NCBI GenBank assembly: GCA_964016885.1
Contig: OZ024743.1
Span: 347,820,001-347,884,000 of the forward strand
DNA length: 64,000 nt
Direction: 5' to 3'
Origin: Eledone cirrhosa
Taxonomy: Eukaryota
Part shown: one piece after another, positions 53,568 to 64,000 of the stretch
Layout of the letters: every line of letters begins with the position of its first letter
How positions within the stretch are numbered: position 1 is the stretch's first letter
Program-made: the position numbers and the translations under genes
Notes under the pieces: model-generated
Databases searched by the model: none
What the model saw: the letters and a program-made list of their open reading frames with translations, nothing else
Told to the model about the DNA's origin: nothing

Positions 53568-54225
53568 CGTCATCATCATCATCGTTTAACGTCTATCTTC
53601 CACGCTAGCATGGGTTTAGACGGGAAATGTCCTACTTGAGGCAAGATTGGTCGGGTGACCATGTCTCGCTCGTATAGGACTCTCTGGCAGGTTTTCTACG
53701 GCTGGGTGCCCTTCCTAACACCAACCACGTTTACAGTGTGGATTGAGAGGTTTTTACCGTGTTACCTACACGGCCACATTACAGCGTGGACTGTTTTTTT
53801 GTCGTGACACCTACACGACCTCATTTATTTTGGACTGGATGTTGTGTGTACCAACATAACCTTACAGAGAAAGGGTGGTGTTGATGGAAGTGGGGGTGGG
53901 GTGGAGTAGGGGTTGTGGGACGGGGTGTATATTTAGTTAAGAGGCGCCTACTGACCGTATGTTTCGCTTTGTACATAGGCAAGGTGGGTCTTCTGTATTA
54001 CTGCGTAGCGCCAAAGATCTCGGTCCATGTCGGAATTTATCAAATCGTACCAGGTTTTTCTGGGTCTACCTACTCCGTAACTTCCATTAATTTTGATCGC
54101 TTTGCATTTCTTTATACAACTGTCGTCTTTCTTTCGCATCACGTGACTATACCAACGTAGTCTTCTCTCGAGTAAACAGCATCTGATCTCCCCCTTATTC
54201 CTAATTTTCCACTTAGTTCATCTGA
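53568..54225 (-). mobile_element. RTE-type LINE 3' fragment with (ATG)n tail
   Basis: MMRKKDDSCIKKC..GVGRPRKTW..DRDLWR; 3' end aaacgatgatgatg. Confidence 0.75.
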
Positions 54226-54374
54226 GATGTGAGAATAACCTCAAATCCTCCATCTCAATTGTACTTTTGAAAAGCATAAGAACTGTGAAACCGGTAGAGG
54301 AACCAAATAGATATATATTTTTTTTTAAAAGACTCCAGTTGCATTTTTTTCGATTTCATCTTTTGTCCTTATAA

Positions 54375-54519
<145 letters not shown>

Positions 54520-55049
54520 TAGAGAGAGAGAAACGAGGAGGAGGAAAAATACATAATCAGTCATATATACATACAAACACTCAGACCTTTATTTGTATAT
54601 ATATTTATTTATAAATACACATATATGCTGCCAGCTTCTGGAAAAAATGATACTAACTGTATAACACAATTCCAAATATTCCTTGCGACCTACTACAAAG
54701 TCCAACATGAGCGCGAAACTATCATTTCATTCATAAGATGAATCTGAGAAGACATGGAAACGTTTCAACTCACAAAAATGAGCGCTAGCTCTACTTCAAA
54801 AGGCATAATTTGTTACACATAGTTCACTGTGAATCATCTCTGTATGAGAATTACTTAAATGATGAACGTCACTGTAGAATATGAATATACTCAGCTAACT
54901 GCTTGTTACTTTCATGAGCCGGCTCTGTGTTGTGTGATGAACTGGATCACTTTCTTCATTTGAACCGATGGAGGCTGAAAATACTCACCATAAGTCTCAA
55001 ACTATTCCCAATTCTAAAATGTTGCATGTCAAAAATTATCAGCACTCTT

Positions 55050-55510
55050 GTTTTTCTATTTATCTACACTAAAGCAGGGGTTAAGTAAGCACGTCATTTT
55101 TCTACATAGTCTCCTCCCTTTTCAGTGCTGTTGGTCCAGTGATCCCCAAGTTTGCGTATACCCTCCAAGAACGTTATCAGATGGTAGCGCATCCATTTAT
55201 GCACCGCTTCCTGCACTTCTTTATCCGTAGGAAATCGACAACCTGGATAAGCATCTTCGAGCAGTCGAAATAGATGATAGTCGGAAGGCGCGAGATCTGG
55301 GCTGTAGGCAAATTGTTCCAGTACCTTAAAACCCAAATAGTTAACGGTTTCAATGTCTTGGCCTGCCGTACGTGGTGGTGTATTGTAATGCAAAAATAAA
55401 ACCTTATTCAACAGTAGGCTTCAGCGTTTGGGGTGAATTGCTGGCTTCAGATTGTTGGACAGCAAAGCACTTTATCTTACGCTACCTTTTCCAAGTAAGT
55501 AATGTTCCAG
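55050..55510 (-). mobile_element. mariner transposase C-terminal relic
   Basis: YSPDLAPSDYHLF motif, EVQEAVHKW, EGIRKL..W..GGDYVEK. Confidence 0.9.
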
Positions 55511-55619
55511 TATAGGATTATTGAGTCTCAAAACACGGTTAGCATCGATTATCTCGCCGATGATTGAATTTTACATTTCTTCGTCACCGGCAAGCAGGGA
55601 TGTTTCTACTGCATACACT

Positions 55620-56200
55620 CACTTTTGGATTCTGGCTTATAGTTGTGGATTAACATTTCATCTTGTCACACGTTTTTATTTATGCGAACCATGTGTGGAA
55701 CTTCACAAATAACCACACACCATTTTCCATTATATGGAATATATTAAAAAAATTCACCCTCTATGTTAATGGGACGAAATTTTGCCGGCTATGTAACTCC
55801 GATAATTGGAATATACTCTCACAAATGGCTTCAGGGAAACACTGCTTAAATAGCGGGCTCGACTACTTTAGTGTTTGTACAGACCTAGCGAAATTTATTC
55901 TCAGAAAAATGGTATACACCAGACTAACTGATTTTAATTAGTCACTTTGCACCCCCCCCCCTCCTCCTTTCTAGGTTTTGGGTTTTGTTAATAGTTACCG
56001 CCTTTTATGTTATGTAAAAGATTTCTTTCTTTATAGATAAATACTAAATTACTTGCTCTTGAAGAACTCTCGTGTATTTTCTAAAACATCTCAATTTAGC
56101 CTGTGTTTGTACCCTTTTTATATTATATCACAGGCTGAATGATTTGGTGTGTATGACCAAAGTAAGCCTCAGTACATGTATATGTCACTCTTGTAACTAA
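55620..56200 (+). mobile_element. PLE GIY-YIG C-terminal relic
   Basis: HVW..FSIIWNILKK..YVNGTKFCRLCNSD..IL..CLNS..FSVC. Confidence 0.7.
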
Positions 56201-56582
56201 TTATATATATGTATGTATGTGTTTATGTTTGCGTATATATTAATAATTGATGTTTAATTCTCTTTTTTGTACAGCGTGACATACCAACGTGACATACAAG
56301 CAACACACACATATAGGCAGGTGTGTACCCATGTATTTGTAGGGCCATGATCGTATCGTCGTGTGTTCCATCCCAGGATCGGGTACAGTTTTTTCCTGGA
56401 GCCAAAATCTTTAATTCGTTTTGTTTTAGCCCATTCAGCTTGCAAAGAATGTTATGGCTGTATGAAAAGTTGGTATATCTATCATATATTATGTAACGTT
56501 AAATCTCCCTGAAAATTTAGTTAAATGTGCAAATTAATGTGGATTGATCAGCCACTTACACATAATTGTAACTGTGAGAAGT

Positions 56583-56684
<102 letters not shown>

Positions 56685-57205
56685 TATATATATATAGAGA
56701 GAGAGAAAAAAAAAGAGAGCGGGGAACGATAGAAAAGAGAAGGAGGAAACAGAAAGAGGAGAGGGCGAGAGGAGAGAAATGGTACAGGGATAAAGAGAGA
56801 AGGGGACCAAAGACAAAGAGAGTGATGTTCATAAACGCATACTTTTATAAATATGCATGTACGTGTGTATGTATATAAGTGTATAATTCTGCGCGCGTGA
56901 GGGTGTCTTATAGTGTTTACCAAGTTGCAAGTTTACATCTACGTGTGATTATGTGTATGTTTGAGTATACAAAAATTATAAACTTATTCATGAGGACAGA
57001 ATTTAAAGAGAATATTTTGACACACCTGAAATGTAAACAGAAAGATGTGTATACGCCCATTGTAGTAAATTACTGTTTCATATATAAACATAGTTTTACA
57101 TATACATATGTATACATTTATATATTCATATCGATTTCTTCTGCCACAGTTTGCCATTAAAAATAATTCATATGATATATATATATATATATATAAAGAT
57201 TCAGG

Positions 57206-57301
57206 ACACCGACGGCTGAGCTCTGACCGCTTCGACAGCTAGATCCGAACTAAAGCGCCAGTATTCGAACGGTAGGAATCTAGCTGAACTTATCAAGGGG
57301 T
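57206..57301 (-). ncRNA. Diverged U3-A8 hammerhead (A15.1>G, probably inactive)
   Basis: acccc-TTGATAA-gtt cagctaga...tctagctg tc-GAAG-cggtcagagctcagccg-TC-ggtgt. Confidence 0.7.
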
Positions 57302-57439
57302 ACAGACCATATATGGGCAGACAATCAAAGCGAAAACATCTTAGAAGTTTTAGGTCTTCTTTGCTTTTCTCCTGGAGTGGTCAGTGATCTGGGGGAGGGG
57401 TGTTACGTTAGATGAAATGGCTGGTTTAGTCCTGCTAAA

Positions 57440-57622
57440 TGGATTGACAGTAACGGTAGAGGGTCGGGCACCATGCTTTGCAGCAAAGAGTTACAGCCCT
57501 TTATGGTCTGAGTTCCACTCCCGCCGAGGTTAACTTTGCCTTTCTTCCTTACGGGGTCGATAAAATAAAGTACCAGTAATACACTGGGATAATTGCTGGT
57601 CTTGTGCCAACAGTAGAAATAA
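57440..57622 (+). mobile_element. Octopod-type SINE
   Basis: tggattgacagtaacggtagag..cccgccgaggttaactttgcc..ggggtcgataaaataaagtaccag. Confidence 0.85.
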
Positions 57623-58819
57623 TTATATTTAATACACTCTTGGTGGCGAGGGACTATACAGGCCAAAAAGCAAGAGGAAATGGGTCAGTAGACTTACTGA
57701 CCTGAAAGTGAGCCAGTCAGTCACGCACATACACTATTAAGAGATAATTTTTCCTTATCAATTATTCCTAATCTGTAGAAATTTTATTGTGCTTCACTTC
57801 ATTAGATGCAAGAGGAAAAAACCAACGAAAGAAAATATAATTTCGGTGTATTTGTGTCAAAGAGAATGGTGTAGTATATTTATGTGTTTGTTAATTTGCG
57901 TTTTCTTTACAGTTTGCTAGTTATCAATTGCTCTATAACCCGGGAAAAGCGCCTCATTCAATAATTTACTTATTTTCAAACACCAATAAATCTACCATTA
58001 ATCTTAATGATTTCTGTTCTTGTACTGTTGTAAGTTAGCTAAGGTTCTCTAGTAAAGTAAATTCGTATTTTATATAAGAAATGTCTCAAGAGTAATTTTA
58101 ACATGTATATCAAAGCTATCGCAAAACATTAGCAAAAGGAAATAATAGAATTGAAGGTTAGTTAATTGTTTTCTTTAACAATTCTACCGCTATAGTTTTT
58201 GATGGTGCTTACGCATTGGCCTAATATAAGTTTATATGCCAGTACACATTTTCTGTATATACCAAGCCTGCCATTGTGGCAGTCCGGTAATGGCTGCGAG
58301 TAAGCTTGTGCATCGTGCTTAAACTATGAGTAATAGGTCTTGTAATGTGTGATAGCTATCTGGTCGACTGGTTCTTTCGGCCAATATGTATATATTTTAC
58401 AAATATTAAATTATTCTATTTCAATCTAAAGATGTTTAGGAAGTATTTACAATAATGAATATATTCTATTTCTACCTAAGTAAGCTTGGGGTTTCCTCTA
58501 TCTTAGTGTGGAAATGGGAAAGGCATTACACCAAGTTCTACCCACCTGGGTCGTGAGGGGATTTGAAGGTAAGATATGTCCTATATATTCTGTGTTTACA
58601 CGAGGTAATGTGTTCATCCTTTTGCTTACTAATTGGTCCTTAGCAATCATCAGTTAGATCGTTTCCTCCGAGCCTACATTGCACGGGCGGAGTCCTCTCA
58701 AGTAAGATTTTGCCTTATAAAGTAGGCTCCATGTTAGATGATACATAATATTTTTGTCTTGGGCGTCCCAAATATGGCCTGAAAGTGCTGTAGCGTGTCG
58801 CGTATAATATAGATTTCAG

Positions 58820-58942
58820 ATTAAGGCACAAGGCCTGCAATGTTAAGTCAGAAGGGAGCGTTGATTAAATCGATTGCAGTGTGTTACTGGTACTTTATTT
58901 TATCGACCCCATAAGCATGACAGGTAAAGCAACCTCGGCGTT
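58820..58942 (-). mobile_element. Octopod-type SINE 3' part
   Basis: gttactggtactttattttatcgacccc. Confidence 0.7.
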
Positions 58943-59096
58943 AAAGTTCACGTAAAATAATGAATTGAAATCAGTATTTTGTATGCACCTAAAAATATAT
59001 TTAGTTGGTGTACATTTTGTCCAATAAAATTTTAATATGGATGACGTATGTCATATTTTCATAAAGAATAAACTTGAAAGGGATTTCCCACTCACC

Positions 59097-59200
<104 letters not shown>

Positions 59201-59339
59201 GTGTGTGTATAATTTTGAAAACTATACAATGTATTAGATAAACATAGAATCTTACCTTAGCAAATTTAATAATCCTAAATATTTAAAACCCATTATCAAG
59301 GGAGTATCCTGTGAAGGTCTTAAATGATCGATCAGAGAT

Positions 59340-59790
59340 GATTCATTGGGAGGAAAAAGCAACCGATGCAGCGGCGCTGCTAATAAATCCACCCATATCA
59401 GACAATTCCGCAGGGTGTTAAAGATTATTGGCTACCCAGCTGCCTTCTCCACTCCACAACGAAACCTCAGACCCAGAGACCGGACCAAAATATACAACAG
59501 TCGTTTGTTCAAGATACCACAACTCATGCCCTATCCGTAAAACTAATTGTTGCCTATGTACCTACGTATTATACAGCCTACAATGTAACAAATGCAATCT
59601 ATTCTACATAGGCAACAATATTCGACCGGTACATCTCCGTATGTAACGGTCTTCCTTCCGCAAACACATCCTCAAATGTGGAAACCGTGACAGGAACATT
59701 ACCACCACAATCTTAGCCACGGATCGCAGTATAGGCACGCTGAGAATCGTGGAAGCCCTCTTGATCAAGCAATTAGCATCGATTGTCAAA
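59340..59790 (+). pseudogene. GIY-YIG relic of a different PLE clade
   Basis: C..TYVLYSLQCNKCNLFYIGN..R..LR and [11 protein letters not shown]. Confidence 0.65.
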
Positions 59791-59809
59791 TGGCTGATTT
59801 AAAAGCCTT

Positions 59810-59887
<78 letters not shown>

Positions 59888-59950
59888 CACATTTATATAT
59901 ATATATATATATATATATAAATACACATTTATATATATATATATATAAAT

Positions 59951-59993
<43 letters not shown>

Positions 59994-60031
59994 ATTAAAT
60001 AAATGGAAAACTATATTTATAAAACCATATT

Positions 60032-60097
60032 TATTTCATTATATATATTTCGGGGATATCATATTAACAATATGCTATGCCTTCATCAGACAAAATA
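60032..60097 (-). ncRNA. Type I hammerhead in pLTR of the intact PLE
   Basis: tattttgt-CTGATGA-a-gg..catatt gtt aatatg..cc-c-GAAA-tatata-TA-atgaaata. Confidence 0.8.
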
Positions 60098-60460
60098 CAA
60101 TATAAACAGTTTTATAGATAAATATATTCGACATACCGTAATAAACATCAACTTCATTTGAAGAGGTTCACTCTAGCAGTGAAAATACAGAGAGAAAGAA
60201 AGAGAGAGAGAAAAGAGGGAAATAAGAAAGAAAGAAAGACGAAACGAAGAAAAGGAAGAAAAAGAAGAAAAAGAAGAAATGCATGGGACAAAATAGAGAG
60301 ATGGAAAAATAGATAAAGCGAAGAGCTTCATGTAAAGAGACCGAAAGAGATATATATATATATATAGAGAGAGGAAATAGAGATAGATACATATATAAAT
60401 ATAGATATAGAAAAATTAGGTAGTGGGAGGTCATTTTGAGTAAGTGTATCAATGATGCAT

Positions 60461-60495
<35 letters not shown>

Positions 60496-61308
60496 GCTCA
60501 AGTATTAATGTAAGGGAGATATAGAGAGATATAGAGAGATATAGAGAGAGAAAAATTTAAAAATAGCCAGACATATTCGAGGCGTAGAAAACCCTATGTT
60601 TTAATGTATTAGTATTTATAAAACTTACACTATATTGTAAATATCAGTATTCCTGAATGAAACAAGTATTCACCATGCGTGAAAATTCATTATCTTATGT
60701 TTAGTTTTTTAAAAAATTCATATGTCTATGTGAATCCAACTGATTCACTCCGCAAATTCAAAGTTACCGGAAAACATTCTCAATGTGGTATAAACATTTG
60801 AGCGTATTATTATTCTTGCGATTACTCTACAAGATTATCTATCAAGCAGAAATAGAGAGCAGATTTCAATATACTAATCGAAAATATATATTATATTATA
60901 AGCAGAGATAACAATAATAATGATAATAAGTAAAAATATATAAAAATATAAAAATATAGAATAGAAAACTAAAAAAGAATATTACGAAAGAATATTACAT
61001 AATAAAAATATTGCATATTAAAAATACTATGTTTTAAAATTATTACGTATTAAAACTTTACATATAAAAATATTAAAAATAAAAATAAAATAAAATAAAA
61101 AATAAAAAATAAAAATATAAAAATATTATAGAATACTACAATACTAAAAGAATAAAAATAAAAATAAAAATAAAAATAAAAATAAAAATAAAAATAAAAA
61201 ATAAACCACAAAGAACAACCCTTCAAGGTTAATTGACAATATATTGCCAAGTTCACTACAAGACAAAGCCAAAAATTATCTATCAAATCACATCTAGCAA
61301 GGAATATC

Positions 61309-61359
<51 letters not shown>

Positions 61360-61621
61360 TTATGATGTCCAATAATGTCTACATATGTTCCTATATTTAA
61401 TATATAAGTTTATCAAGTGTAAGGTTAATTCATAAAATTTGGAGCATCGGCTTTTAGGGTAGCTTAATTTTTCATGAGGAATGTTTAGATAAAAATAAAA
61501 ATAAAAAATAAAAATAAAAATAAATACAATAAAATAAACAGTAAAAAGAGGGAATCAAAGATTTAGGAATCAAAAGATTTATCGGCTAGTTCTCATATAA
61601 ATATAAATCAAACTAAATATA

Positions 61622-63835
61622 CTACATTTTAAATTTAAATTTATATTTAAACGTTGAGTTTAATCTATGTTTGCAACAACTGAATAAATTTGTCCGTAGG
61701 TTAAGGGAATTTTTAGATTTTAGTATAAAGAATATCTCCTCTGCGCAGAGGTCACATGTCTCAGAGGATGAATTAAAAGGAATCCCTCTTGAGACTATAT
61801 TCCAAGCCGTCGAATATCTAACGTTATCTAGCTTAAGTTGCCAGAGTACACCTGATAGTGCCGTTGAAGATTTTTTATTTGGATCTGTGAAAGAATTCTT
61901 GTGGTTATTATAGCGAAGTTTAAATTCCGTCGATGTGGAACCGACGTAGTTAAAAGAATTAGAGTCAGTATTAACATTACAATTGTATACTATATTTTTA
62001 ACTAAGCAGTTGTTATTTAACGGACATTTAGATCTATCTCTACAGTTGCATTTGTTAACTTGTATATTATTTATGCTATTATCAGTAGTTTTTAAGTTCC
62101 TATTATTTATTCTATTAATATTTTGTGCTAAATTTTTGGTGGATGAATAGGTTAATTTAATTGTATGCCTATTGAAGATTGAGTGGTACCTATGTGTTCT
62201 AGGGAAGCGATTATCAAGAGCTTTGAAAAATAATTTAGCGATGTGGGTTTTAATGTTTAGTGAGAAAGGGGGGGCAAACCAAATTATGTTCCTAGTTCTA
62301 TTTCTTTTTTGTCCTTTGGAATTATTGTAATGCTTTCTATTATAGTTGTTAATGTTGTTGCCATAATTAAAAAAGTTGTTACTTTGTTTAGTTTGTTTAT
62401 CATTATCTATGTACACAATCTTATCAGCATACCCTGCCCTAGCTAGTGCATCATTATAGTATTGGGCCTTTTCGTCAAAAATCTTTCTATTCGACGAGAT
62501 CCTAGAGACACGCTTTTGGACTGAGTTTACTATAGTGTTTTTGACAGATCTGGGGTGGTTAGAGTTAAAGTTGACATAGTTTAAGTTTTCATTCAACTTG
62601 TGAAAAGGATAGTGGAGACATGTGTTGAGATTTAATGTTATATCTAGGAAATTGACTATTCTATGGTTGTTCTCAATTTCTATTTTAAGGTTAAAGTAAT
62701 TAAAAAATTTTGTAATTTGTTTACATTTTCTATTTAGTTCAGGGTTATTATTATTAATGAGTAAAAGCATGTCATCCCTATATAAACCTCCGGTAGTACC
62801 AGGTATTTTCCTATGTAGCGAATTGATTAAAAATAAGCCCACAAGGTCAGTTACTTGAGCTGAGTCGGAAGATCCCATAGTTATGTCAAAATTGCTATCT
62901 CTATCTGCTCTGGTCCATAATTTGTCATCAAATTCTATCAAAGTTTTCCTAGCCGATAATATAATATGCATTTCTTTGCTAGTTAGGTCCGTATGTTTGA
63001 ATGCGTAATTTAGTGCCTTATTTAGTAGACTAGGGGTAATAGAAGAATAATAGTTAGCTATATCAAGTTGAATAAACCTATTATTATTGTCATATTTAAT
63101 TTGCCTAAACCACTCAACAACCTCTCCGGTTCCCTTCCACAAGCTCAGGTTAGATACATAATCCAAGTTCTTAATTTGCAGTATCACCCTGTCAAGAATG
63201 TTTTTGCTTAATTTGCCCAGGTCCGATTTTGAAGGTGCGATTAATCTAACTGGCAGGTCAATCTCAAAATTCCTCTTGTGGTCCTTCATATTGATCTTCG
63301 GTTTCCTGGGCACAAAAGGTTGTGTTCTGTTCTCAATTTCCAACTCATGCATTATACAAGATGCTTCAACATTCATTTTCACAAGTTCGGTCTTATCTGC
63401 TACCTTGTATTTTTTCCTCAGCTCTTTCAGTATGAGGCCATTATACATGTCTTTCTGCACTCCATAGAGGTTGTTGGTCTTGTCAGATTTCACCAAGATC
63501 TTCTCAGTTTTCTCTAAGCTCTCAATGTTATCCTTAATGCCTTTCAGATATTCCTGGCCTTTAAAGTTTCTCTTGAATTTGACCCCTTGTATGATAGAAA
63601 TTATATCGTTTTCAAAGTCAGATAAAAGTTTGTTAGGGGGTGGATTTCTTTTAGATTTGAAAACTTTGTTTAAGTCCGAGATATTTTCGTCTGCATTAAA
63701 TTTATCAAAGTGGAATGCACGCCACCTGATTCTCCTTATAAAAGAGTCAGATTTATCTATTAGTTGTTTTACAAAGTCTTTGTTTCTAGGTAGAGGTATG
63801 TCTTTTAGAGAGGAAGTAATCTTAAAGAATTCCAT
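61622..63835 (-). CDS. PLE reverse transcriptase-GIY-YIG endonuclease (Naiad-like), 737 aa
   Basis: SLKDIP..RIRWRAF, KSDKT, QLDIANYYSSI, FDITMGS, LYRDD, FLDI, SNHP, WFAPPF, CNC..CPL..C, YVGSTSTEFKLRYNNH, CDLCAEE, CKH. Confidence 0.95.
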   Translation of the reverse strand: MEFFKITSSLKDIPLPRNKDFVKQLIDKSDSFIRRIRWRAFHFDKFNADENISDLNKVFKSKRNPPPNKLLSDFENDIISIIQGVKFKRNFKGQEYLKGIKDNIESLEKTEKILVKSDKTNNLYGVQKDMYNGLILKELRKKYKVADKTELVKMNVEASCIMHELEIENRTQPFVPRKPKINMKDHKRNFEIDLPVRLIAPSKSDLGKLSKNILDRVILQIKNLDYVSNLSLWKGTGEVVEWFRQIKYDNNNRFIQLDIANYYSSITPSLLNKALNYAFKHTDLTSKEMHIILSARKTLIEFDDKLWTRADRDSNFDITMGSSDSAQVTDLVGLFLINSLHRKIPGTTGGLYRDDMLLLINNNNPELNRKCKQITKFFNYFNLKIEIENNHRIVNFLDITLNLNTCLHYPFHKLNENLNYVNFNSNHPRSVKNTIVNSVQKRVSRISSNRKIFDEKAQYYNDALARAGYADKIVYIDNDKQTKQSNNFFNYGNNINNYNRKHYNNSKGQKRNRTRNIIWFAPPFSLNIKTHIAKLFFKALDNRFPRTHRYHSIFNRHTIKLTYSSTKNLAQNINRINNRNLKTTDNSINNIQVNKCNCRDRSKCPLNNNCLVKNIVYNCNVNTDSNSFNYVGSTSTEFKLRYNNHKNSFTDPNKKSSTALSGVLWQLKLDNVRYSTAWNIVSRGIPFNSSSETCDLCAEEIFFILKSKNSLNLRTNLFSCCKHRLNSTFKYKFKFKM

Positions 63836-64000
63836 TTTTCAGTTATAATATAAAGCGCTCAACAGTATTGGAGCAAGATACATGTAAAGTTATATTTAAA
63901 ATTGTTGGGTTACAACTAGTAAATATTTATAACTGATATAAAAGCACTCGACAAATACTTGGAGTATATTTACAATATTAAATAAATGGAAAACTATATT

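Larger units (their letters stand above)
59988..64000 (-). mobile_element. Apparently intact Penelope-like element with direct pseudo-LTR
   Basis: 30-bp identity between 59988-60017 and 63971-64000 (offset 3983). Intact ORF, 1.6-kb 3' region with HHR, ends in (TA)n. Confidence 0.93.

Noticed and set aside
58600-58660. Minus-strand CTGATGA followed by a ttgct..agcaa hairpin
   Set aside because: No correctly placed GAAA, stem III or stem I.

Overview
AT-rich, microsatellite-dense animal genomic DNA, very probably an octopod cephalopod (judged from the abundant tRNA-derived SINE ...TTCAAATCCCGCCGAGGTTAACTTTGCCTTTCATCCTTACGGGGTCGATAAAATAAAGTACCAGT). I can support no intact host gene, and most listed ORFs are microsatellite or antisense artefacts. 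The window holds one full-length two-ORF L1/Tx1-clade LINE (13.5-19.35 kb, minus, flanked by GATA repeats) plus truncated relatives. It also holds one intact Penelope-like element (PLE; 737-aa RT + GIY-YIG, Naiad-like, minus) and at least six PLE fragments, RTE and Tc1/mariner relics, and about 12 SINE copies. The main signal is RNA-structural: about 20 type I hammerhead ribozyme (HHR) motifs, intact or decayed, from about 10 unrelated sequence families. Some lie in PLE pseudo-LTRs. Others lie in non-coding 355-614-bp units arranged as tandem multimers ending in an inversion and inserted in (TA)n tracts, i.e. retrozyme-like. The best case is a near-identical 3x466-bp array plus an inverted copy at 24.2-26.0 kb. 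One PLE family carries a rare U3-A8 core HHR supported by covariation. All ribozyme folds were identified by eye and none has been tested.
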